Shown here piece by piece: positions 29,166 through 41,150 of a stretch of DNA of 64,000 bases. The position numbers and the translations under genes are program-made. Every line of letters begins with the position of its first letter. Positions within the stretch are counted from its first letter, which is position 1. The stretch is from contig CM120644.1 of NCBI GenBank assembly GCA_051362555.1, forward strand, positions 18,684,534 to 18,748,533, given 5' to 3'. The stretch is from Lingula anatina. Its lineage: Eukaryota; Animalia; Brachiopoda. The notes under the pieces were generated by a model. It saw only the letters and a list, made by a program, of their open reading frames with translations. It was not told the origin of the DNA and did not search any database.

Positions 29166-29750
29166 CGCTGCCGATGAGATAAATACAGTATATATCGGTC
29201 CTAATCCGGGACATGGTAGATTAAAAGTATAGTATGTGTTGGGAAAATGGTCGATAACTAGGTGATCTAGATCAAGGTTCAAGCTGCACACTGTATAGAG
29301 TTAAGGGCTGTCAAATACAGCTTTCGAGGTGCGAGAGATATGAAATAGCCTCACTGTGTAGAGTCATTGGAATATTTAATACTGAGAAACCTCGTTATGA
29401 GATGATGCAATTTTCGAAACTTCTCTGGGAGTTCAGTGGGATTTACCTGCGACAGAATAACATTAATGATTTGTAATTGTAAAGGTATATGAACTGCTAT
29501 CATTAGCCCACGAAATAGAAGACTTTGTGGAGCTTACAGTATAAAAGACGTCAAACTTTAACGTCGGATTATTTCCCGTAGTGGTTCTTGGCATTTCTGT
29601 GGGCTTTAGTAGGAGCTACAATTTAACAGAACTTTCAGTTTGAATACGCCAGCTTTTTTTCTGGAAGCCAAGTATTCTTTGAGGATTTCACGCTGTGTGT
29701 GGACAGTAGAAGCCGGGACTGAAGGTAAATAGTCTGTCCACTGTGAGCGT
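29166..29750 (-). promoter_or_regulatory. Second candidate non-coding 5' exon (alternative promoter) of the ADCY gene
   Basis: Minus-strand donor GCG|GTAAGT at 29165-29160, with (CA)/(CT)-rich tracts upstream on the minus strand (29760-29940). The upstream boundary is approximate. Confidence 0.25.
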
Positions 29751-32700
29751 GAATGTGCTTATGTGAGTGTTTGTGCGCTCGCGGGTTTACGGGTGTTTGT
29801 GTGTGTGCTTGAATCTACGGTATATACCTGTGTGCGTGTGTCTGTGTTCGTGTGTTTAATTGTGTGTGTTTCTGTGCGTGCGAGAGAAAAAAGAGAGAGG
29901 GGGAGAGAGAGAGAGAAAGAGAAAGAGAGAGAGCAACAAAAGTGACCAAGTATAAATGTACGCACTATGTATAGAAGTACAGTTGTAATTCACTTGTGTC
30001 CTCCATACTTTTATCACTATATTTATTTGTTCACTAGGAGGAGAAGCAAACCTATTTTATCTCCATTTCCATACCATATTTTTTTTTACATCTTTACAAC
30101 TACTTCTACTCAGCCATGCTGGTTTCAGTTTTTTATTAGTGCAATAACTTTCCTCTCAATTTCTTTTATCTTTAACACCCCAAGATAAAAAACTTAGAAG
30201 TGAACCCGGAGAGTTGATACGCTATCCCGTCTTAGCAACGGTTTTATGCGTTGAGATTACAGCGTACGATTTAATTTGATTAATATCTTAAAAAGGCAAA
30301 AAAGAAAGAAAAAGGAACGCTGCAGTTCGTTGTGCAATTACTACGTACGTGTAAAGCCATGTGGCTGATTTGGCATGTACGCTACTGTGGGTCTCCATTG
30401 CGCTTCCCGATAAAAATACCTTCACTCTCTCCCAATCACAGGCTTAGCATGAAAGAAGTTGTGACTAATTAACTGGTAGTGCAGGAATCAAGGCAAATAT
30501 CTCTTACAAAACTCCGTCCAATGTTACAAAAACAACAGAGGCATGATCGCTGTACATATGCTCTTAGATGGGATAGCCATTGTACTTCTATCGTGTGTGT
30601 AACATTTTCTCTTCTTAATCATATAGATTGATGAGGCCTGTTTAGATAGATTAAAAAAGGCTTCAGATGGGATAGCTCATGCAATTTTTCGTTCGCCTAA
30701 TTAGCCGATTAAAAAGCAATAGCCTTTCGATCTCGGTCGCTGTGCATCTAGCGGTTGTAATGCATCTTGTTGGTACATTAGAACATTGAGCAAGACGACT
30801 CTCTAGCAGGAGCTTTTCTACCGGGAAGCTGTCCTAATAGTTATAAAATTGATGAAGGGCGATTTTGTAACTACTAGAACACGGGCGCAGCTGGTAGGGC
30901 CTCTGGTAGAGAATATAGCTAGACAGTTTTTTTAAAGATTTCATTGAAATTTGGTCAAACGCTGAACCAGTCGGCTGTGGCCTCAAACCTGGTCTTTGAT
31001 ATATACCCTTCACTTTAAAAAGCTTCATCAGTTTTGAAATATTACACGGCGCAGGTTTATTTTTACATTTTGTCTACCATGCATCTTTTTGTCAACAGTA
31101 TTTCGTGAAAAGGTTCACTTTGATTTATTATCTGGTATACATTTCAAATCCCATTCAAATCTTTGTTGATGTATTTTGGAGGAGCGATATATGAGTAGCA
31201 GTAGTTGTTGATGGTTGATATACCCTGTATATGCTTTTGTTGGATATACAGTTAAATTTGATGGGATCTAGGTTAAAAGGTAACAGTTTCCTTTTTCAAT
31301 CAGTGGTATGACCGCCTAAGTTGGGGTCAGATATTTTGGAGACAAACGCGACAATTTTTATCAACACACATAGGCCTATACACGTAGGTGTGACACTGTT
31401 ATATATCGGATAACATGCATGGAAGTTCATTGAATTTTTTATATCGTATACACCATTTCATAGCTAGAGCACTATAGATAAATAATCAATGACAAAATAT
31501 CGCAATACATCAGACAGGTTTGATCAACGTTTGTTGATTATTCATGTCTGCTCTACATGTAGATCTATGTTTGTTGATAATTTTGGAGCTTCGTTAATAT
31601 TTTATGCTTGAGAGTAGACATGATAAATGTTTGATTAAGGCGCATATGGGAATTTACTACATGGACTTACATGTTCATTCAATATCCTGCAAGGGAATTT
31701 ACTACTCGATCCTCTTTTGTAATTGCCATATTTCCAAACAGCTAATGTAGCATAACTCAACGCAGTTAGCCGGTCAGTTTGCATATTGCTATGTATTAAA
31801 ACAACTTATATTATATAAACCACCGTAACAGCTGGGGTTTTATTCTATTTTAATTTCTTTTACTTAAGGTTTCCAACAAGTCATAATTGTGAGGACGCAT
31901 AACACGCACACATGCGAATCACTGGAACTCTGTTTTCCGTGACCTCAGATTTTCGCACGTCATGGGGTCAAACACTCCATGCTGATAAATCCCTGTTTGA
32001 TGAGCTCCAATTTGAAGTGATTGATTGTGCGAGTTTGAAAAGGCGGGGATAAAGGTAGCATTACACATTTTCTTAACACAACAGTCTAGGGTCAACAGTA
32101 TCTCAATGAAACTGCCATTTTTTTTGTCCAAGTGTATTTCATGGTGTTGGTGCTTTGGACATGCTCGATTATAAAAAGTTTATACGTTATATGCACCGCG
32201 TAATTTTCAAACAAATTGTACAGGTACATGTACTGGTGCATCACCTACAAGGCGCGTATGAGTTTATAAAAAGTTTATACGGTATGCACATTGCGTAGCG
32301 CACGCCATCCTTATTTTTCAAACAAATTATACAGGTACGTGTAAAGAAAATCGCTTACAAAACGCGTGAGGGTTTCAGAATGAGTTTGTGATTCAGAAAA
32401 TACAACATTGGAATCTTTACACCCCCTCCCCCCCAAAACAGAGGAAGAGAAAGAAATAAAGAAAAGATAAAACAAATTGTCGAACATATTGTGATTAGCC
32501 TGATAATTTTTATTGGCTGTTTGCGTTTGCTGAAGTCTTACGTCTTCATAATGGTAGGGATTTCGATGACGCTCATGGTGCATTTTAGTGTTACATGTAG
32601 TCAGCTGCTCGACTTTTAACGTTAAAAGCACAGATGAAAGAGTATGTGAACAAACAGAGGACATGCATTTCACCTTTTAAGTTACTCTTTTCGAAAGACC

Positions 32701-32754
32701 ATGCTGCATTAATTAGTTTTTTTTTTTTTTTTTCGAATTTTTCAAAATGTAAAT

Positions 32755-32835
32755 CGCTGCAAGCAGGGTTCGCAACTTCGCGGGAAGATCCCATAGGATT
32801 TGAAGTCCAACGCCTATTCACTTGTCCGACATAGC
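32755..32835 (-). pseudogene. Degenerate tRNA-Ser-derived pseudogene with anticodon mutated to TCA
   Basis: The reverse complement GCTATGTCGGACAAGTGAATAGGCGTTGGACTTCAAATCCTATGGGATCTTCCCGCGAAGTTGCGAACCCTGCTTGCAGCG aligns to the intact tRNA-Ser copies. The A box, B box/T arm and stems are disrupted. Confidence 0.8.
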
Positions 32836-33073
32836 TATATATATCTTCAGATTTTTTTATGAATAACTGAATAAATTAATTACAATTAATTAATTAAAAG
32901 GTTAAATATAAGTTAAATACATTATTCATATTGTTAATTGTAGGATCAATATGAAAATGAATCAAGGATCTCGTTGACTGATTGTCTGAAATGAATTAAA
33001 GGTGAATTCTATTACCATGACGGTAGCGATTTACTTTGGTAAAAACGCCATGGAGAAATCAGACATTATTAGA

Positions 33074-33246
33074 CGGGCCCGTAGCCAGGGGGGTTCGGGG
33101 GGTTCGAAAGAACCGCCCCTTTGGTCAGGAAAAGGTCCATTTTGGGTAAAATTGTATCTAGGTACACATAGGCCTAACGTTCATTGTAAAAGGTCCACTT
33201 TTTCAGAAAAAGATCCCCCCATTTGAATTTGCTGGCTACGGGCCTG
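33074..33246 (-). mobile_element. MITE family C, inverted copy
   Basis: CGGGCCCGTAGCCAG / CTGGCTACGGGCCTG, TTAGA TSD. Confidence 0.8.
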
Positions 33247-35485
33247 TTAGATCTAGCTCTTTTCTCTTGTTCTTCAAGTGCGTAATTGGTACCCTTGCAT
33301 TTTAGCATCCTTTAATCAGTAAGTGTCGCGACAGACCCTCTCTCTCTCTCTCTCTCTCTTAATTTTTTTTAAAGAAAAACAATCTATAATGTCAAGTTTG
33401 TCATTGGCTTTTTAGGTCAGATTCATTTCAAAAAGCAAATAATATCGCACAAGTGTGCGTTTTCTAAAGGCAAACTGCAGGGCCAAAGGCTTGACATAAA
33501 TCCTTCCATGGTGTAATTAGCAAAAAGGCCTCCAGCAAAGGCTAAACGACACGCATTTGAGGTCTTGACAAAACCGCTGATTCTGGTTTAGCATATCAGA
33601 AGCCTGTTTACTTTTCCTAATCTTCGTTAAGCAGTAACCTGTCTGATATTTGACAATCGATACGGGAGAGGTTAAGACTAAAACTCAAAAGTTTATGCGT
33701 ATTTACTGCACCGTATTTACAGAGAAAGACCGATCATGTATAACGCAGGTAAACAGAGCGAGAAGATCGTATGCAACGCGTGTAAACAAACGGAGGTCAT
33801 TAATCCGGCTTCTGAATATGCGGGAGGAAAAGTCGGCGTGATTTTGTGTGAATTAGAACTTATCCCCGTTTATCTTAAATCTCTGGCTACAGACTGTGCA
33901 TTGTGTTCGGGCGCTTACCAATATAGCTTAATCGTCATTTGAGCCAGTAAAAGTCAGATATTGGAATTATCCAATTAAATTTACGTAATGTAGAAGATGA
34001 GCCTAAAAGTTCTGTGCATGTACTGTACCTTACAAGCAGGTCTATTTGCCTTGTGCAATTTATTTACCGCACGGAAAATATACAAAATCCATTTTAGTGC
34101 AAAATTCCTTGTTCTCTTGTTAAATATTATATACATTATATATTAAGTCTTCTAGCAAACTATGTGTTAAAAGGCCGCATTTGGCGTTCTGTTACGATAT
34201 AAAATACTGTACTTACATATGGTACTTTGTGTGCATTTCTCTCAAGTAGAGATACAACTGGACAATATAGTGTAGATATCAACCATTAAGATTCAGTTAA
34301 AGCGTAATAGGAACATAGAATATCGAATTCATCCATATAATATTCGGGATATTTTCCTTTTTACTCCAAGATTTCAAGATTTCCTATTTGAAAAAAAAAA
34401 ATTCTTTTACTAATACGTGCACTGCATTTCACCGCCAAAAATCAGTGATGTTTGAAGAGGGACAATAATTCTGCCTTTAAAGAGTGTGTACCAAGCGCAT
34501 GATATATCAGCACAGTCTACCCGAAAAGAAAGCATTTTCAAAGGCGAATAAGTGTAGCCCCTATAAGACAACAAAAATCTCAGCAACGTTCATTTTACTG
34601 GCTGTTAACCCCGCCACAAAGTCAACATTGCTTTATTTCATCAATTACCAGTATGACAATATTTGCCTTGGTTTTGACGGTGACTCAAGATTTGCTAGCG
34701 GGGCAACACTAAATGTGTAAAATGTTTCCCTGTCTTTTATTTTTGAAGGTTAACTGTCCGTGTTTTCAAAGTAATATTTTCTATGCTATAAACCAACTTA
34801 TCTTTCGCAATTCCATAAAACTCCTTAAATAAAAGTGCCCGATGTCAATATTTTCCTCTGAAGTGCACAGAAAGACATGGCGGTCTTAAATTTATGGAAA
34901 ACATATTGACTTCGCCTAGGCCTACATTGTACCGTTCTCCCCGCCCCATATTTTCTAGACTATGTCTAATTTTCAGCTGCATTTCTGAACATCGTTTGTA
35001 AAAATATATCGTATGCGCCGTCAAGCAAAAACACTTTTTGCGTTTGGCATTAATTTGCATTCATGGGTCGCTGATAGCGAGCGAGAAGGCGGTGTAAAAG
35101 GTTACTGCATCTGAACCATGATGGATATACGCTTATTAACAAGCGATGGTCTTCGATAGTAGTCAAATCAGCAATTAATCAACGTCTTTCAGTAAACCGC
35201 AATTTTTCAGAGCGATTAACTTTTTTTTGCTTCGTATCCAGTGATTTATTTCATCAAAGGCATTATCTGAAGTTTTTTCAAGCTTTTTTTTAAATGGACT
35301 TTTTTTTTTGCCTTTCAAATAGTAGACCTTAAGCATGTCGACAAACGATAAGACTAGATATTTCCACTTTTTATAATATATTTACAAATCAATACCCTTT
35401 ACAATGAAATTATATTGATTGAATTGTCTTTGTTGTTTGTTTTTAGTATCTTTTTGTCACAAATCAAAAATACTCGAATGCAAGA

Positions 35486-35567
35486 GCTGCGATGGCCGAG
35501 TGGTTAAGGCGTTGGACTTGAAATCCAATGGGATCTTCCCGCGCAGGTTCGAACCCTGCTCGCAGCG
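35486..35567 (+). tRNA. tRNA-Ser(TGA)
   Basis: 82 nt: GCTGCGATGGCCGAGTGGTTAAGGCG-TTGGA CTTGAAA TCCAA, long variable arm, GGTTCGAACC B box and paired acceptor stem. A T5 Pol III terminator follows at about 35576. Confidence 0.97.
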
Positions 35568-37089
35568 ATGCGCCCTTTTTATGCCTGAATGATTGTCCCA
35601 CTTCACATCCTCTTAATCTGAAATGGCGAAGCAATATCATATTCAGAACACGAGTCTCTAGTGCATAAAAGCTGGCGACATCAAATCTGAAGTTGTTAGG
35701 CTGATGAGCTGACATGCTTAATAACTTGGCAAAAATGATTCAAAATAGCTTGTCCATTATTTCAGGATGTGAGGAATAAAGAAAACTAATACAAGACAAA
35801 ACAAGATTAAATGTAATGACAATAATTCATTTATACTTTTTCACTAGGATTGATTTAAATGAAAAAATATATATATTTTTGGCCTACCCACGCCCACACG
35901 TGAATAGCAATTGAAAATCTTGAATGGGAAAACAGATTCAATGTCATTTGGTTTCTGTCCCAAAATTGCAGAAGTTTTCATAAGTGACTCTACGAGAAGA
36001 GATTCATTTTTTCTGTCCCAAAAATGCAGACGTTTGCTTAAGTGACTCCGTGAGAAGAGATTCATTTTCCACCCGGAAGTGTGGTTTCCAGACGTTTTAT
36101 TGCGTCTGTCGTTGCTACAATCAAGTCTATCACAGCTGGGTTATTCTCACCGATTACAGCTCTGCAGTAAAAAAACACTTGGTAAGATCAAAATGTTTGA
36201 AAAAAACTCAAACCCCAATAAATGCGGTAGATATTCTGTGTTGATAGATAAGACGCAGGGAAATAGGTACAAAAATTGTCGTTTTATTCTTCTTGAGCAC
36301 CAGAACTTTTCTTGACTATTTTAAATGGTCTTTTAATTGAAAACATGCAGGTACATACTAGTATTGTTGTTTCAAATAATTTCCTGTCCTTTGGGATTAG
36401 ATTTATTTACCTTAAAGGGAGATGATGGAAGCAATGGTGGATGAAGTTTTTTTCTTTAGGGAATGGGAGGTTCACACGGGCAAAAAAGGCGCGGCAAGTA
36501 AAAAGCAGTATACGAAGAAAGCTTTACAGTGCTATATATAGTTGCAGGCTCCTATGGGCCATGGTAGGAAACATCGCTAAGCTTGTTTCACTCGCTATAC
36601 ATGTACTATTTATCTGTGAGGAAGAAGAGGAAGAAAAGGGCACGGTGACTCCCCCTAAACCCCCCCCCCTCTCCCCCGAGACACAGTTGATCAATTGTCA
36701 ACTGACTAACGAACGAACATCCAAATTTGAAGGGAGGCAGAAGTGGTCTTTTCAAAAGATATTTGTTTTAAGATTCTTAAACCAACAAAAATTACATTCT
36801 TATTATAATGAAACACCCGAGACACAGTGACGAAGCTATGATAAATACAGCGACAAAACTACTGTAAACAGGATTATAATCCACACCTTTTTATCTTTTG
36901 CGTAGCCTTTACTTTTAGAAAGTCCCTTTTAACCCTGCCAGCAAGATGACAGTTAAACCTAGCAACTGAAATATGGAGTGATGTTCACCTCATTGCTCTA
37001 ACATTTCGTAGTGAGAATATTAGTTATTTGGCGTGTTACAATTATTCTGCCTTGCGAGCACGTTGGTGATCAATACTCGAGGGGGGCGA

Positions 37090-37555
37090 TGACGTCATTT
37101 ACGTACGAATTATGATCGATGGTTGGATTAATCAGGTTGATAGCATGGCGTCTCACCCACAGGAAAGTTCCAAGAAACTCATTTACTGGCCTCAAGCTGC
37201 GATATTTAATTTTTGGGACGACAGTTGTGAGTTGTTGTTTGTCTCTTATCCTCTATTTCCCCTTTAATCGACTTTTGTAAGAGAGAGGATTTGTAACACA
37301 TCTTATTTGCCCTTTGATGAATAAAATGTACCACTGAAACCGACCACAAAGTAAAATTTCCCAATTTTAAGCTAATTCGCAAGGCTGGTTCACTATAGGA
37401 TCATACTAAATTAACTTTTTTTCAAGCTGAAATACGAAGTTTTGGACACTAACCAATGAATCAAAATGTGCCTTCAAATTTCCCAGTAAGAGCAAGACGT
37501 CACTTTGTAGGTCACAGCGTCACTTTGACGTCATTGTCACATTGAACTGACGTCA
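37090..37555. promoter_or_regulatory. Cluster of three full CRE palindromes (TGACGTCA) plus half-sites near the putative GPCR 5' end
   Basis: TGACGTCA at 37090, 37526 and 37548; CGTCA half-sites near 37498 and 37518; CCAAT at about 37453; possible donor GTGAGT at 37227. Confidence 0.4.
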
Positions 37556-38255
37556 CATGCTTGCCAGTTCTTCACTTGTGCATGAATCAGTAGCTACAGC
37601 ACAATGTTTAATGTTTATTTATTAGTAGAAATATGACAAAATATTAATGTACTGCCCGGCATTATAGCAATCATCACAACAGACAGCTTTTATGATCTTT
37701 TTTTTTTTTTTTTTTTTTTTTTTTGAAGTAATCAAGAGAGGTTTATTGCGTACACGCGCATTTATTTTAAACCACATGTAATGACGTTGTACAGGACCAT
37801 GCATCGTCATCTCAGTATAGGTATTGGCCTTTAGAAATCCGTAACCTATTGGAAAAGAAATATTATATCAAGATTACCCATGGTTGGGGCCTCTATTCGA
37901 CCGTGCAGGCCAGTTCTAAGGATTCTTATTGATTTCATTGACACGGCGTTCGCATATCTTATCTTGTGATATGAAAGCTATGTAAACGCGACTGCCGATC
38001 GTTTATAGTTCACTATAGATATTCGTTTAGGCTGAGCTTACACGTTGACAGGGTGAGATTTCAGCTGAAGTTCTCACAAACAGTCCAACGGCAGCTTTTA
38101 TACAGCGTGGTATCGCGTGAATATTTCACGAAAGACACTGAAAGGGGAAAAAGCCAGTCTAGAGAGAAACTCCACAAGACCTTGGGTAAATATAAGTTTT
38201 TAGCTGACTGTGGTTGTACAGAGTTACAATTAATGAGAGAGATAAACCTGTTCTT

Positions 38256-38530
38256 TAGAGTTAGGTTCTACGGATTCAGAGTAAGGTTCACTGGATTCAG
38301 AGTTAGGTTCTTTGGATCCAGAGTTAGGTTCTCCGGATAAAGAGTTAGGTTCTCCTGATAAAGAGCTACCGGTATATGTAGGTTCACCGGATTCAGAGCT
38401 AGGTTTTTCTGATTCAGAGTTTAGCTCACCGGATTAAGAGCAACTATGTAGGTTCACCGGATTAAGAGCTAGGTTCTCCGTATACATTGCTAGGTTCTCG
38501 GGATTCAGAGCTAGGTTCTTGGGTTTCACA
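38256..38530. repeat. Minisatellite, unit about 21 bp (AGAGTTAGGTTCTCCGGATTC)
   Basis: About 12 degenerate tandem units. Confidence 0.85.
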
Positions 38531-39301
38531 GCTACTGTACCAGTAGGACATCTCCAGTGTTTACGGATTGAGTGAACGCCACAGCTTTCATAACGTGTTT
38601 TTCTACATCTGTTGTTGAAGTTCGTGAAGTTTAGACTTATGTGAGCGCAGGATGAAAGAATTGGTTAACCTTTGTTAACTCTCGACTGATACTTCAATTC
38701 TGTGCAGGATAACAAAGGGCAAAACTGAACAAAGCTGAAGTGTCATTCGAAAGTCAACAAAGTACTTTCTATTTCGTCCTCTTTAATCAAAGATAAACCC
38801 GATAAACATGGCATCTCCGGGTTAGGTTGGATAACACCAGTGAGACGTAAAAGTTGGAGATCAAAACCCCGTTTAAATATAAAATCATCGCAATTCGTTC
38901 CATGAACACCTTAATTGAGTTTGCACATAAATCTAGAAAAATTAATCTAAAATGTACAGCATATAATATATGTATAAATTATGATAGTGTCACCTTGCAG
39001 AGTTCACCTTATAGTTGTCTAGAGAAAGTCGATCCTCAAGTAAATCTCGGTTTAAAAATTGACGAGGCACGTTATTGCGCATTAATCCAACATTTGATTT
39101 GATTTCAGGGATAGCCGAACGACTAAAGTCGCTGACTAAGTGTGTCCCCGAGTGTTAATCGCCAAAAGAATGAGATGACTTAGAATGCCTCAGAAGCCGG
39201 ACTAGCGTCTTGTTCCAACAGCTCGGATCAGGATGTCAAATTTACCAAAACAAGTTTAAAGAGATTTATTGATCAGGCTCTGTCGCTGTGCCACGTTCGT
39301 G

Positions 39302-39358
39302 ATGGGCTTTTTTCAACACACGGATGCTACCTCCTTGATTTTAATTCTCACTGTTCAG
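39302..39358 (+). CDS. Class B1 GPCR coding exon 1 (start of signal peptide, MGFFQHTDATSLILILTVQ)
   Basis: First in-frame ATG after an in-frame TAA (39257). The CAG|GTAAGT phase-0 donor joins to LLATQRSEA to give a plausible signal peptide. An acceptor lies upstream near 39108. Confidence 0.7.
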
Positions 39359-40799
39359 GTAAGTAAAACATCTATATAAAATTGCGTGTGTAAGAAGTAC
39401 TGGCGGGTCAAATCCCCCTACACCCCCTTACGCCCCCTTAAACCCCACCTCCCTCATAATATTGGATATGCCAGTGGAGGAGGGTCGTACTTCTAAATGC
39501 TTGACATAAATTCAGACTGTATTTGCAAGCATAATAATTAAATATAATAAGATAAATAAAGCAATTGTATTGTACTTCTAAATGATCGAAATTCAAACTG
39601 TATTTAAAGGATAATAATGAAATATACTAAGATAAATATATTTAAATCAGAGAGTACGTTCATCAAAATGAACATTTATGTCGATCTCTGCCTCCTACAC
39701 GTGTAACCTGGTGGGAGCAATTGCAGCCTGCGTACCAGTAGATAACCTTATTCTTCAATCTTTATTGCATGTCATTTTTTTTTTTTTGAGGGGGGGGGGC
39801 TTTTATCTTTGGGTCTGTCCGCACACAGAATTGCGTTAACTTTATCTTAAAACGGGATTTTTTTTTTTTGGGGGGGGGGGGGGGGAGGGGGTCCATTTAA
39901 TCTTTGGGTCTGTCCACACACAGGGCTAATTTGAATCAAAATATTTAGACTAGACCGCATTATTTGACATCACCAGACGGCAACGTGGCGCAAAGCCCTA
40001 CATTGAGCCTTTTTTAAGTTTTGTTTTGTACATGTACACGTAGTTGAAAAATTCATCGCCAGTTTTCCTTTACGTATTCAGTTTAAACAGTTTCATGCCT
40101 TTAGTCGTGTTTGGAAGCAATGCGTTGTTGCATTGTTATCATTTACGAAACAATCGCAGCTCAATGAAATCTTAGAAACCTGAGACAATCAAGATTGTCT
40201 CGTCTGGCAAATGTCTGGGAATAATGTAATCGCATAACAATTTTGTTACCAAAATATTGTTTCAATACGAGTCAGTTTAGTCGTTTTAGAGAAGAATCTT
40301 CAGCTGTGGATCATTTATGTAAGTTGGTGTTTATTTGATGGTTGGGAAATAAAGAATATCTTTGGAATGCACACAATTATTTTTTTGGCCAAATTTGCTT
40401 CCAAATGATATTGGTCACTACCACATAGAATGATACGGTACCCCTTCAAAGCTAGAACGCATGGCGTTATTATGTGTAAAAAAAACCCGATGATAAGAAA
40501 ATGTGCTACAAATGTTCATCTGGTGATGTTCCAACAACAGATAAGCTACAATGATACCTTTCGTAGTCTCTTAACACGCACTATGATCATTGTTCCAAGT
40601 TACTATCCGAAAGGGGTGTCTGCACCGGTAGTTTGTGGCACAATTGTCTTTTCAATTTTGTAACAATCTACAGACCCTTTTAGATGGTACACGTAGTGGA
40701 CGGTTCCTGTCTGGACCCCCCGACCCCCCCCCCCCCCCCCCCCCCCCCCCCCTGTAAGAAATATAATACTGAGAATGAACAATGTGAAATTGAGAAAAA

Positions 40800-41150
40800 T
40801 TATACCTGCCTTTAATCAAAATGCGTCCCCAGGTAGAGGTGGGGTAAACAAATAACTTCAATCATCCAGGTATCCCTTTTGATGAAAAAACTGACGCTTT
40901 TTTTATCCCCCACCCCTCCAATAATTACATTCCCTGCCTTTAATCAAGGTGGATTTCCAGATAATTGTTTGGTAAACAAATAATCTCACTGCTCCAGGAA
41001 TCTTTTTGATGAACTAACTGACACTTTTTTTTATTGTTTTACACACTTAATCGCATTCCCTTCTATAATTAAGGTGCATCCCCAGGTAAATGTGGGGGGA
41101 ACAAATAATCTTCCTCGTCCAGGTATCCATTTGATAAATTAACTGTCAGT
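40800..41150. repeat. Three diverged tandem units of about 125 bp
   Basis: CCTTTAATCAA...AACAAATAA...TCCAGGTATC...TTGAT recurs three times. Confidence 0.65.

Noticed and set aside
32755-32835. tRNA-Sec call based on the TCA anticodon
   Set aside because: The body aligns to tRNA-Ser(TGA) and lacks the tRNA-Sec sequence and extended stems.
37145-37226. Short ATG-led ORF as the GPCR first coding exon
   Set aside because: An in-frame stop precedes the 39302 ATG, so at most this is a uORF in a UTR exon.
38256-38530. CRISPR-like array or repetitive ORF 38053-38340
   Set aside because: The units are contiguous and degenerate with no unique spacers, there are no cas genes, and the context is eukaryotic. 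It is a minisatellite.
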